Below, in pieces: positions 39,399-48,916 of a DNA stretch of 64,000 nucleotides. Made by a program: the position numbers and the translations under genes. Position 1 is the first letter of the stretch; the number at the start of each line of letters is the position of its first letter. The notes below the pieces were generated by a model. That model made no database searches and was not told the DNA's origin. It worked only from the letters and a program-made list of their open reading frames with translations. This DNA comes from Desulfatiglandales bacterium (GTDB taxonomy: Bacteria; Desulfobacterota; DSM-4660; Desulfatiglandales; Desulfatiglandaceae): contig OY762721.1 of NCBI GenBank assembly GCA_963666345.1, positions 3,456,001 through 3,520,000 of the forward strand, read 5' to 3'.

Positions 39399-40352
39399 TC
39401 AGCCCTGTGTGAGTGACACGATAAGGGAATTCACCTTCTGCCTTGCATCGTTAAACACCCCTGAAAGGTTGAGAGAGTGGTTGGCGAATATGCTGTCGGG
39501 GTCGCCGTTACAGACAAGAAGCGGTTCAAAATGACAGCGGCGCAGGTTTTCAAGGATTTTGTCCACAAGCGTAACGGAGTTTTTGTCCTTGAGCACATCC
39601 AGAAAGTCAATCTTTATCGCCTTGAAAGACTCATAAAGTCCGTAGGCGACACCCTGGGCATAGTAGAAATTATCATCCACCCTGTACCAGGGGATATCTA
39701 TATCCACTGTTCTGGGGGTGCCGGTTCCCTTTTTAGTGTCTTCTTCGACAACAAGAGAGCGGTCGATGTCTCCGGGGGCGTTTATGAGCCTGGTATTGGC
39801 CCCGCCCATCAGGGATGCATACTGGCTGAGTAGTTCAATCAGGTTGTCGGCCCTGGAGTAAAAGTCTGAAGCCCCTGAGGAGAGCTTCGCGTCGAATTTC
39901 TCGAGCGCCTTGTGCGCCTGTTTCCATTTGCCTTCGGCAGACGGAAACCACCACTTGAAGGGATCATTTGAAAGTGAGGTAAATGCCTCCTCGGCAAGGG
40001 GGTCAAGTTTGTCGGTCGTCCTCATCCTTGTGAGATTGTCCCGCAGGACCCGGATGTTGTATCGCACGACCTCCAGCTCTCCGATCTGAAAGTTGGGCAT
40101 GTTGTCGAGCAGAACCGTGGGCCAGAATAGATCGTTCGGCATCCAGTTGACGTACATCTGTTCAATTAGCGCGAGGTTGGTTTTTATGAAAGCGGACCCG
40201 TCTACCTTCTTGTTGATGCCGCTTACGGCGAGCCTCTCAGGCTTTTTTGAGTTAACAAACATGACGCCAAAGACAAAAATCAGAAAGAGTATGATCAAAA
40301 AAAACACCATCTTTTTTGATTTTTTTTCGGGCTTTTTATTTTTGCCTGCCAT
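39399..40352 (-). CDS. DUF2333 family membrane-anchored protein
   Basis: PND...P...LDNMPNFQ.G, W.FPSAE, RADNL, DD.FY.A.G, ANH. Confidence 0.75.
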   Translation of the reverse strand: MAGKNKKPEKKSKKMVFFLIILFLIFVFGVMFVNSKKPERLAVSGINKKVDGSAFIKTNLALIEQMYVNWMPNDLFWPTVLLDNMPNFQIGELEVVRYNIRVLRDNLTRMRTTDKLDPLAEEAFTSLSNDPFKWWFPSAEGKWKQAHKALEKFDAKLSSGASDFYSRADNLIELLSQYASLMGGANTRLINAPGDIDRSLVVEEDTKKGTGTPRTVDIDIPWYRVDDNFYYAQGVAYGLYESFKAIKIDFLDVLKDKNSVTLVDKILENLRRCHFEPLLVCNGDPDSIFANHSLNLSGVFNDARQKVNSLIVSLTQG

Positions 40353-40915
40353 TTTTGATAAGCTCCTTGAAAGATAAAGTTTGTCTTGCCTTTAAAAGAA
40401 ACGGATCGATCATCGCGTTTCAGGGTATTTTAGAAAGGAGTTGCAGGTCTTGTCAACAGACTCTTGCCGCGGGTCTAGTGATAGGCGAAAAATACTGGCA
40501 TGGTTATTCGTTATCGGTTATACGGGAAAACAGGAAACATACCCATGAAAACTCCTTAACACCTCTGTTTGCCGATTCATAAGCGCGGGCGCCTCAGCAA
40601 TCCGGCGAAAAGGACGGGAAACGAGAAAACTCTGCAACCGGTAGTTGAACAATACCGCTTTTGTAGTATATAACTGCCTTTTCCATGATCCGGCATCAAG
40701 AGGTAATGCGAGGCGTATATGTCAACCGGCTCGTTGCCCCTTGCCTGCATCTGACACCCTGCCGGTGTCCGGGGGCAATCAAAATTTTTAAAGGCATGGT
40801 TGATTGCGCCCGGCTTGGGTGGTGGATTCGGGTTTGATAGCACCCGGATCGGCATGGCTTAACGCCGTGGCTTCAGGTTCGCAGGAGTTTAAACGCAAGG
40901 AACGGGGACAGCCTA

Positions 40916-41692
40916 ATGAAAAATGAATTCATCGATTTTATGTCGCAGATCGCAGGGGATGCGGGAAAAGAACTCCTTGATTATTTCAGAAAAGACCAGG
41001 GGCTTATCAGCATGCGGAGCACGGCCAAAGAGGCCGCTACCGGGTATGACCTCATAATCGACAAATTCCTGATCGGGGAAATCAGGCGAAGATACCCTGG
41101 TCACAGCCTTTTGACCGAAGAAAGCGGCCGTTTCAAGGGAGACCCAGAAATGCTTTGGGTAATAGACTCTCTTGACGGAACCGGAAATTTCGCGAATCAG
41201 AACCCGCTTTTTTCCGTATGCATCGCCTTGTTGAGAAAAGGAATCCCTGATGCAGGAGTTGTGTATGCCCCTGCCATCGGAGAGCTTTACTCGGCCTCAA
41301 GGGGGGAAGGGGCCCGGCTGAACGGGAAAAGGATCTCCGTTTCAGATGTCGAGGATCTAAGGGAAAGCTATTCCCTGTATTGTGAAGGTGGCGATACCGA
41401 CAGGGAAAGGACCGGAGGCATCCTCACAGGCGTCTACCGTGAGGTAAAGGATATACGTAAACTGGGGACCGCCGGGCTTGAAACTGCGTGGGTGGCCTCA
41501 GGAAGGAGCGAGACCTATTTTACGACCAGGATAGATCCGTGGGATGTGGCCCCCGGTGTAATCCTCGTCAAGGAGGCGGGAGGCAGGGTCTCGGACTTTT
41601 ACGGGAAGGAATGGGAATGCAAAAGAAGTGACCTCCTGTTTTCAAATTCCACGGTACATTCCAGGATGCTGGAGGTCTTGAAGCAAAACTGA
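40916..41692 (+). CDS. Inositol monophosphatase family protein (SuhB-like)
   Basis: TEE, WVIDSLDGTGNF, PWDVAPG...V.EAGG. Confidence 0.88.
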   Translation: MKNEFIDFMSQIAGDAGKELLDYFRKDQGLISMRSTAKEAATGYDLIIDKFLIGEIRRRYPGHSLLTEESGRFKGDPEMLWVIDSLDGTGNFANQNPLFSVCIALLRKGIPDAGVVYAPAIGELYSASRGEGARLNGKRISVSDVEDLRESYSLYCEGGDTDRERTGGILTGVYREVKDIRKLGTAGLETAWVASGRSETYFTTRIDPWDVAPGVILVKEAGGRVSDFYGKEWECKRSDLLFSNSTVHSRMLEVLKQN

Positions 41693-41697
41693 ACCGG

Positions 41698-43245
41698 CTA
41701 CCTTACGGAGGGGAACAGGGATCTGTCCGTGTGGGGTATGAATTTTGCGGCGCTGAAAAGATTCATGAATTCCTGGTTCACGTTGAGTTCGATATATGTG
41801 AGCTGTTCCCTTATCCGAACAAGCTCCTGCCGCGCATCAAGTGAAACAAGCGCCTTGATCGCGCCCTTAAGAGAGCTGTTTCCCAGCACGACATAGGAGT
41901 CCACCGGCAGATCGGGTATCATGCCGAGTGTGATGGCCGAGCGGGGATCGATATAGGAGCCGAACGTCCCTGCCACATAAAATCTGTCTATGTCACCAAG
42001 GGGTATGCCTATAATATTGCTCACCGTGGTAAGTATGGTATACATGGCCGCCTTCGAACGCATCAGGGAATCAATGTCGGGCTGGCTGAGCGTGAGAGGC
42101 CTTCCTGTTCCGGAGATATCGGCGGGGACAAGCATGAACCTGTCCATACCTCCGGAGTTCATGAGTCGTTTTCCGCAATTTTTGACTACAAATTTGCCCC
42201 TCAGATCTATCATCCCGTATACAAACATCTGAGCCACAAGATCCAGGAGCCCCGACCCGCAGATGCCTATCGGTTTGCCGCCATTGATCGTGCTTATGTC
42301 GAAGCGGCCTGAATCCCGGTCATAAGAGACCCTGTCGATAACACCCGGTCCGGCCATCATGCCCATTGACGCGACACCTCCTTCAAGCGCTGGCCCCGCA
42401 GCCCCTGCGCAGCCCATGAGCCATTCGTTGTTGCCCACGATCACCTCCGCGTTGGTGCCGACGTCCACGAGAAACGATACCCTGTCCTGTTCCCTCATGC
42501 CGGAGGCGATGATGCCTGCCATCAGGTCCCCGCCCAGATAACTGCCCACATTAGGGGATATGAGAACCGGGGCGCATCTGTTGACGTTGAGTCCGATCTC
42601 TTCCGCCCTCAGGATTTCAGGTGTGTTTACGGCAGGTATATAAGGTTCTCTGCAGATCCAGTAGGGATCAAGACCCAGAAAAAAATGGGTCATGGTTGTA
42701 TTTCCGGCGGCCGAAATTCCGACAATCGAGGAGACCTCTATGCCATGTCTTCCTGCAACCCTTGATATCTCCTCGTTTAATCCCTCAACCAGAAGCCGTT
42801 GGAGTCTTTTGAGTCCGCCGCTTTCGGCCGCGTAGTGTATCCTGGTCAATATGTCCGGGCCGATATGGATTTGCGGATTTGTGAAGGTGGATTCCTCAAT
42901 CACCTTTGAGGTGACAAGATCAATCAGCCCCAATACGACCGTGGAGGTCCCCAGATCAACCGCGATTCCATAGATCCTGTGTTTTCCGGGCGGGTAGATA
43001 TCAATCAGGTTCCAGCCGTTTTCCCCGAAGTAGAGCGCCGCAAGGACATCGTAGTCGTTTTCCCTCAGGAGGCGGGGGAGTCCGGCAAGGAGGGTATAGG
43101 GGATGTGAACTCTTTTGTCCTTAATGACTTTTTTGACGGCCCTTGAAAGGCGATCGGCATCGGCCGAGTTGTCGTCAAGACTCGGTCTTTTGATATCAGG
43201 GGCAACAAGCCTTATCCATGGTGAACTGCCTCTGTCGTCGGACAT
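41698..43245 (-). CDS. ASKHA ATPase, DUF4445/RACo (reductive activator of corrinoid proteins) family
   Basis: VDLGTST, NPQ...G.DI.TRI, GNTTM, GGD, DVGTNAE, AGPALEG, GICGSG, AG.FG. Confidence 0.88.
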   Translation of the reverse strand: MSDDRGSSPWIRLVAPDIKRPSLDDNSADADRLSRAVKKVIKDKRVHIPYTLLAGLPRLLRENDYDVLAALYFGENGWNLIDIYPPGKHRIYGIAVDLGTSTVVLGLIDLVTSKVIEESTFTNPQIHIGPDILTRIHYAAESGGLKRLQRLLVEGLNEEISRVAGRHGIEVSSIVGISAAGNTTMTHFFLGLDPYWICREPYIPAVNTPEILRAEEIGLNVNRCAPVLISPNVGSYLGGDLMAGIIASGMREQDRVSFLVDVGTNAEVIVGNNEWLMGCAGAAGPALEGGVASMGMMAGPGVIDRVSYDRDSGRFDISTINGGKPIGICGSGLLDLVAQMFVYGMIDLRGKFVVKNCGKRLMNSGGMDRFMLVPADISGTGRPLTLSQPDIDSLMRSKAAMYTILTTVSNIIGIPLGDIDRFYVAGTFGSYIDPRSAITLGMIPDLPVDSYVVLGNSSLKGAIKALVSLDARQELVRIREQLTYIELNVNQEFMNLFSAAKFIPHTDRSLFPSVR

Positions 43246-43311
43246 GTCTCACATTCTTTTTCTGCTGTTTACATGGGAGTTGCAGGCCATGAAATCAAAG
43301 GTCTTTTCAAT

Positions 43312-43650
43312 TTAACCTATTTTTTCAAAACGTTCATAATAGCCTATGAGCGCACCTTGCCTGTCTCGAACGGCAATGACGGTCAGGTTTTCATTCTCCG
43401 AGCTCACCTTGAGGAATACCTCGTCTTCACCCTTCTTCATCCTGTCGTGGATTTCCCTGACCCTTTCATTTGACTCCGGTTTGTGACAGTCAAAAAGGGA
43501 TTTTCCAACCAGGTCCGGGTAACCCCGTTTATCGTAGTATCTTTTCTCCGCCGGTTTATTGAGATATCTGATGATGTGGTCATTATCAACAAAAACGATC
43601 GGATGATTTATAGTATCAAGTATAGCCAGCAGCGTTTCGGTATCTTTCAT
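43312..43650 (-). CDS. Stand-alone PAS domain protein
   Basis: PIVFVD.DH.IRY.N, VGKSL.DCH, G..IGYYE. Confidence 0.8.
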   Translation of the reverse strand: MKDTETLLAILDTINHPIVFVDNDHIIRYLNKPAEKRYYDKRGYPDLVGKSLFDCHKPESNERVREIHDRMKKGEDEVFLKVSSENENLTVIAVRDRQGALIGYYERFEKIG

Positions 43651-43656
43651 CTATTT

Positions 43657-44073
43657 TCATTCTCCTATTATCTTGATTAGTACCCGTTTTCTTCTGCGTC
43701 CGTCAAATTCGCCGTAGAATATCTGCTCCCATGTCCCGAAGTCAAGCCTACCGTCGGTTATGGCGACCACGACCTCCCTGCCCATGACCTGCCTTTTCAT
43801 ATGGGCGTCGGCATTGTCCTCACCTATATTATGCCTGTATTGAGACACCGGCGCGTGGGGTGCGAGTCTCTCAAGCCAGACATCATAGTCATGATGAAGG
43901 CCCGATTCATCGTCGTTTATAAATACGGATGCCGTTATGTGCATGGCATTTACGAGCAGGAGCCCCTCTTTTATGCCGCTTTGCTCAAGGCATTCTTCGA
44001 CCCTGGGTGTTATATTTATAAAGGCTCTTCTTGAAGGAACCTCGAACCACAGCTCTTTTCTGTAACTTTTCAT
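43657..44073 (-). CDS. yjbQ: YjbQ/UPF0047 family protein
   Basis: [29 protein letters not shown]. Confidence 0.9.
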   Translation of the reverse strand: MKSYRKELWFEVPSRRAFINITPRVEECLEQSGIKEGLLLVNAMHITASVFINDDESGLHHDYDVWLERLAPHAPVSQYRHNIGEDNADAHMKRQVMGREVVVAITDGRLDFGTWEQIFYGEFDGRRRKRVLIKIIGE

Positions 44074-44249
44074 CCGCCTGTCCTCAAATCGGGTAGGGTA
44101 TTACCCGCCTTGTCCGTGGGATAGATCTATTGCAACCATATGACCCCCAAAAAAGGCCGTCTTACAGACCTCAAGTCCCGGTGGAATATGGCTCGGGAAT
44201 ATGAGGCGTCCGGCGGCCCTGATTTTGATCTCAGGCTAAAGGAAAAGGG

Positions 44250-44681
44250 TCATTCGGCTCCACCCATGCGGAGGGAAAACTTGCCTATGTATCTGTCGGC
44301 AATCACTCCCGCCACCCGCTCCATGACCTTTAGCGCATCCAGGGGATATTTTTCAAGGATATTCTTGAGGCTTTCCCCATCTATCTTGTACACACTGCAC
44401 CTGCTCTGGCATTCGGCCCTTGTCCTGTTTCTGCGGGGTTCCACCATGGCCGACCATCCGAATACCTGGCCTTCCCTGTCAACAGGGAAATGGAAACGGT
44501 CAAGACCCCGGATGGTGATGTCTATCTCCCCCTCAATAAGGATATAAAGGAAATCCGCGAAATCCCCCTTCCGGAATACGATATGACCAAAGGGAAGGGT
44601 GTCTTCACTGCAGATTTCTTCTATCTCAGTCAGAAGTTGCGGTCCGATTCCTTTGAACAGGGGCACATCCTTTAAAAGCAT
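44250..44681 (-). CDS. Stand-alone cyclic-nucleotide-binding domain protein
   Basis: L..VPLF, F..GD.AD.LY...EG.I, G.VFGW.A. Confidence 0.82.
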   Translation of the reverse strand: MLLKDVPLFKGIGPQLLTEIEEICSEDTLPFGHIVFRKGDFADFLYILIEGEIDITIRGLDRFHFPVDREGQVFGWSAMVEPRRNRTRAECQSRCSVYKIDGESLKNILEKYPLDALKVMERVAGVIADRYIGKFSLRMGGAE

Positions 44682-45099
44682 GATTTTCCTCCCATGTTTG
44701 AGTGGATTGCGATTGAGGGTTAGAAAGCCTTATGAACGCAGCCGATCCCCGCTTTGTTCAATTTGAGAAAACCTGTTTCCGTGGGACGGATCGGAAATAG
44801 AACGGCTCTGCCGTCAATGTGGGGTGCCTGAGTCTGTGGAGTCGTTTCAATTAGCGCCAGGCCCTTTGGGCCGGGATGTTCTTCTTGAGCAGCAGGTATT
44901 TGAAGCGGTTTTATCACTATAGGCTTATGTCGATCTGATTGATGAGAAGATAAAAAAACGTTCAAGTCAAGAAAAAAACCAAGATTTCCTTTCGGGTGTG
45001 CAAAAGGAGGTGCCTGCCGTGTTTGAGTATTTCCCTTGATTTTTTTTTGTGCTAAGGTGAAATATAGATATATTAAAATTTCCGTAATGGAGGTGTGTA

Positions 45100-45666
45100 A
45101 TGGGTTGGATAGGAGTAAAGGATTTGATGGTGCCACTTTCAGAATACGCAACCGTATCAGAGGATGCGACCCTTCGTGAGGCGGTTATGGCCCTTGAAAA
45201 GGCACAGGAAGAATTTGCCAGGACAGGGCATCTGTATCTGCACAGGGCAGTGCTCGTCTACAATAAGGCCGGGAAGATCGTGGGGAAGGTCAGCCAGCTC
45301 GATGTGTTGAGCGCGCTTGAGCCTAAATACAAGGAAATCAGTAACGGCAAGGGGATGTCCTACTACGGGTTCACGCAGAAATTCATAAGGTCGATGATGG
45401 ATCAGTACTCCCTGCTTGATAAGCCTCTTAACAATCTTTTGAGAAAGGCGTCGGAGCAACGGGTGAAAAATTTTGTCAGCAGGCCTACAGAGGGTGAATA
45501 TATAGAAGAAGACGCGTCTCTGGACAAGGCCATTCATCAGTTTGTAATCGGTCAGCATCAGTCACTTCTGGTGACAGGGCAAGATGAGATAGTCGGGATA
45601 CTCAGGCTTACGGATGTTTTTAATGCCATCTTTCAGGAGATAAAGGCGGACGAGGCAGGGGAATAG
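45100..45666 (+). CDS. CBS domain pair protein
   Basis: VKDLMVPLSEY, VG..SQLD, LLV...IVGILRL.D; GGAGG RBS. Confidence 0.85.
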   Translation: MGWIGVKDLMVPLSEYATVSEDATLREAVMALEKAQEEFARTGHLYLHRAVLVYNKAGKIVGKVSQLDVLSALEPKYKEISNGKGMSYYGFTQKFIRSMMDQYSLLDKPLNNLLRKASEQRVKNFVSRPTEGEYIEEDASLDKAIHQFVIGQHQSLLVTGQDEIVGILRLTDVFNAIFQEIKADEAGE

Positions 45667-45933
45667 GAGTCTCCCACTGTCCAACAGGTGATTAACAACC
45701 TCTGCAACATGAACCGCACTGCAAACGGTTTCCTGTAAAGCAATCAGTGCCACAGGCTAATTCTCATCAGAAAACGCCCTTCCCCGGTTTTGTGCCGTCG
45801 GCAAAAGAGAAGAAGAACAGGAGTCGTTGTTCTGAAAGCCGAATGGGCCGGGCCGGACAACACCTGCCGATCCGATATCTCGACCCTGAAAAATAAATGG
45901 ATTATCTCCACAAGAGTTGATCCAAATGAAGGT

Positions 45934-45992
45934 TTCTTTGCTCTGCTTACGCTCCGCTCAGTCCCACTGCTTCGCAGCGGGTTCCCGGTTTC
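45934..45992 (-). repeat. ~60-bp dispersed hairpin repeat, copy C
   Basis: Reverse complement GAAACCGGGAACCCGCTGCGAAGCAGTGGGACTGAGCGGAGCGTAAGCAGAGCAAAGAA. Confidence 0.8.
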
Positions 45993-46029
45993 TCATGGAA
46001 GGGGTCAAGGGTTCTAGGGTTCGAGCGAA

Positions 46030-46336
46030 ATGCTTAAAAATTATAAAGAGTTAAACGTTCGGCAAAAATCGTTTACGCTTTGACCTTCCGAATCAGAAGA
46101 TCCGCTGTTTCCATAGCGTCGAATATCGCCTGAGGGTATGGGAGGGAAACGACTATAGCGTATGTGAGATTTCTCTATATTGCATATGGTTCAGTCTGTG
46201 AATTGGAAACCCGGGCCATGATATCAGGTGACCTGGGTTATGTGGAAAAAGACAGGCTTCAGCAATTAAGAGGGGAAATCGGGGATGTCGGGACAATGCT
46301 CAAAGCGATGATCAAATCCCTTGAAAGAAAACCCTT
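46030..46336 (+). pseudogene. Degenerate four-helix-bundle (23S rRNA IVP / bAvd-like) protein gene
   Basis: MLKNYKELNVRQKS, internal deletion, IRRSAVSIASNIA*GYG, RFLYIAYGSVCELET. Confidence 0.75.
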
Positions 46337-46403
46337 GAAACCGGGAACCCGCCCTGAGCTGGCCGAAGGGTGGGACTGCGCGAAGCGTAAGCGAAGCAAA
46401 GAA
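46337..46403 (+). repeat. ~60-bp dispersed hairpin repeat, copy D
   Basis: GAAACCGGGAACCCGC-CCTGAGCTGGCCGAAGG-GTGGGACTGCGCGAAGCGTAAGCGAAGCAAAGAA. Confidence 0.8.
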
Positions 46404-46581
46404 TCCTTGAATCCTGGAACCCTTGGACCCTTTCTCCCAACTAATTGGGAGCAGAACCAGATAAATTAATCTGGACATGAAGCGCTTTTGGAGATAGACA
46501 CGGCAACATGCTTGTCATAGGATATAACGTGTTATTATTGTGTTCTTTTTGATGGAGCTATATTTTTTTAAGGAGGAATAA

Positions 46582-48714
46582 ATGAGTGATATTGAGTCAA
46601 TCATAAATCCCAAATCGATAGCTATCGTAGGGGCCACAAACCGCCCCGGAAGCGTCGGTTTGGCAGTTTTCAAGAACCTGCTTCAGGCCGGATACAAGGG
46701 TGTGCTCTATCCAGTCAACCCGAAGGCAATGTCAATCCAGGGCGTCAAGAGTTATCCGAGGCTCGTAAGCATTCCCGACCCTGTTGATATGGCTGTTATT
46801 ATCGTCCCCTCCGAAAGGGTCGCCTCCGTTGTCGAGGAAGCGGCCTATAAGAAGATCAGGGGTTGTATCGTTATAACCGCGGGCTTCAAGGAGGTGGGAG
46901 GCCGGGGAATCGAACTGGAAAAAGAACTCAGGGAACTGGCCGCTAAACATGGCATTCGCCTGGTTGGTCCCAACTGTCTCGGTATAATAAATACCAATAA
47001 TCAGGTATGCATGAACGCAAGCTTTGCCCGCGTAATGCCTTCTCAGGGGAATATCGCCTTTATATCACAATCAGGGGCACTATGTACCTCGGTACTTGAT
47101 ATCGCCGCCGGTAAAAACATCGGATTTTCAAAATTTGTGAGCTTCGGCAACAAGACGGACGTAAACGAGGTCGATTTTTTGAGGTACCTTAAAGATGATC
47201 CGGATACGGATGTCATACTCCTCTACCTCGAGGACATAACCGAAGGCCGTGCCTTTATGGAGGTGTCAAGGCAGATTACCCTGGAAACGGGTAAACCGAT
47301 ACTGGCCCTGAAATCGGGAAGATCCGCCGAAGGTGCCAAGGCCGCAGCCTCTCACACCGGCTCTCTTGCAGGTTCGGACACAAGCTATGACGCCATTTTT
47401 GAGCAAAGCGGGATTCAGAGGGTGGAAGGAGTGACCGAGCTTTTCTACTATGCCCAGGCATTTTCCATGCAGCCGCTTCCCAAGGGAAGAAGGGTCGCTA
47501 TCGTTACAAATGCAGGGGGGCCTGGTATTATGGCCACGGACGCGGCCATAAGACACGGCCTGAAACTGGCCGAACTGTCCCGGAAGACAAAGGACAAACT
47601 GAAGGATCAGCTGCCTGATACCGCAAGCATTGCAAATCCGGTGGATGTCATAGGTGATGCCACTCATGATCGCTATGAGGCGGCTTTGAGGACCACCCTG
47701 ATGGATGACGGGGTGGATTGCGCCATTGTTATCCTTACTCCCCAGGCCATGACCGATATCCTTGAGACCGCCGAGATAGTCCCCCGGGTGGCAAAGGCCG
47801 TCAAAAAGCCTATCCTCTGCTCATTTATGGGGCTTGTTGATGTCTCGGAAGGGGTCAGATATCTTGCTCAAAACGGCATACCCAATTATGAGCTGCCGGA
47901 GGGCGCGGTCAGAAGCATGGCTGCCATGGTAAGATTCGCCGAAGATCTGGAGCCGCGCAGGTGGGAAAAAAGGGATTTCAAGGAAATCTCCGTTGACAAG
48001 GACCGGGCCACCCGGATCATAAAAGAAAAACTCACGGAAAAAACCGAATGCTATCTTCCTGAAAAGGACGCATCGGAGATCCTGAGCTGTTACGGGTTCC
48101 CCATGCTCAAGAGTTCCGTGGTGCCGGATATCTCGGGGCTTGAATCCGCGCTCAAAGAAATAGGCCTTCCGGTGGCGATGAAGATAGATTCGCCTGATAT
48201 AATTCACAAGTCGGACGCAGGAGGCGTCAGGCTCAAGATAAAGACCGTGGAGGAGGCGCGCAAGGCCTTTGAAGAGATAATCGAGAATGCGAAGGCATAC
48301 AGATCGGATGTGCGTATCACGGGAGTGCTTGTGGAGGAAATGGCTGAAAGCGGTATGGAGGCGATCCTGGGTGCTACGAGGGATCCCAATTTCGGGCCGA
48401 TGTGCATGTTCGGTCTTGGAGGCATATTCGTAGAGGCGATGAAGGATGTTACCTTCCGGCTGGCCCCTATGTGGGAATCGAGCGCAGAGGACATGATTCA
48501 ATCCATAAAGGCCTACAAGGTGCTGAAAGGCGTAAGGGGAAATCCGCCGTCCGATATCGAGGCCCTCAAGGATTGCATTCTGAGGCTGTCCCAGCTGGTT
48601 TCAGAGCACAATGAAATAAAGGAACTGGATATAAATCCTCTTATCATCTATTCGGAAGGAAAGGGGTGCAGGGTCGCGGATGCCCGCATATTGTTATCCA
48701 GGCCCGATTATTGA
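46582..48714 (+). CDS. ADP-forming acetate/acyl-CoA ligase (fused alpha-beta, ATP-grasp)
   Basis: PKSIAIVGA, GPNCLG, SQSGA, SHTGSLAG (phospho-His), TNAGGPG, NPVD, HKSDAGGV, LDINP. Confidence 0.92.
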   Translation: MSDIESIINPKSIAIVGATNRPGSVGLAVFKNLLQAGYKGVLYPVNPKAMSIQGVKSYPRLVSIPDPVDMAVIIVPSERVASVVEEAAYKKIRGCIVITAGFKEVGGRGIELEKELRELAAKHGIRLVGPNCLGIINTNNQVCMNASFARVMPSQGNIAFISQSGALCTSVLDIAAGKNIGFSKFVSFGNKTDVNEVDFLRYLKDDPDTDVILLYLEDITEGRAFMEVSRQITLETGKPILALKSGRSAEGAKAAASHTGSLAGSDTSYDAIFEQSGIQRVEGVTELFYYAQAFSMQPLPKGRRVAIVTNAGGPGIMATDAAIRHGLKLAELSRKTKDKLKDQLPDTASIANPVDVIGDATHDRYEAALRTTLMDDGVDCAIVILTPQAMTDILETAEIVPRVAKAVKKPILCSFMGLVDVSEGVRYLAQNGIPNYELPEGAVRSMAAMVRFAEDLEPRRWEKRDFKEISVDKDRATRIIKEKLTEKTECYLPEKDASEILSCYGFPMLKSSVVPDISGLESALKEIGLPVAMKIDSPDIIHKSDAGGVRLKIKTVEEARKAFEEIIENAKAYRSDVRITGVLVEEMAESGMEAILGATRDPNFGPMCMFGLGGIFVEAMKDVTFRLAPMWESSAEDMIQSIKAYKVLKGVRGNPPSDIEALKDCILRLSQLVSEHNEIKELDINPLIIYSEGKGCRVADARILLSRPDY

Positions 48715-48916
48715 GGCGGTCTTAATCCGGGGACGCCCCTTTTGTCCTGTATCCGCATCAACCCGCGCAATCCGGTTTTTTCAGCTCGGAGTTGTCCGGC
48801 TGAAGATAAACGGGCCGGGTTGCTTGTGTTGAGCGGTTCTGCCGGTCTCCGGTGCGGGAACCCTTCGCGTCATCATATCGGGCCGTTTGTGCCGGCATGA
48901 CCTTGAGGTGAGTTTG

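Larger units (their letters stand above)
45899..46458 (+). mobile_element. Non-autonomous element (560 bp) with imperfect TIRs and near-perfect 8-bp target duplication, carrying a four-helix-bundle pseudogene; copy 2
   Basis: Ends GGATTATCTCCACAAGAGTTG / CAACTAATTGGGAGCAGAACC; flanks AAATAAAT / AGATAAAT; homologous to 11553-12081 in inverse orientation. Confidence 0.75.

Noticed and set aside
40353..40915. Long divergent intergenic region with hairpins and a tiny ORF MGMFPVFPYNR
   Set aside because: No recognisable riboswitch or ncRNA motif and no terminator/antiterminator pair; ORF too short to support
46131..46133. Selenocysteine codon in the four-helix-bundle gene
   Set aside because: Position is Glu, not Cys, in the family and both copies have other disabling lesions
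46030..46336. Diversity-generating retroelement suggested by the bAvd-like gene
   Set aside because: No reverse transcriptase and no TR/VR pair differing at adenines in the window
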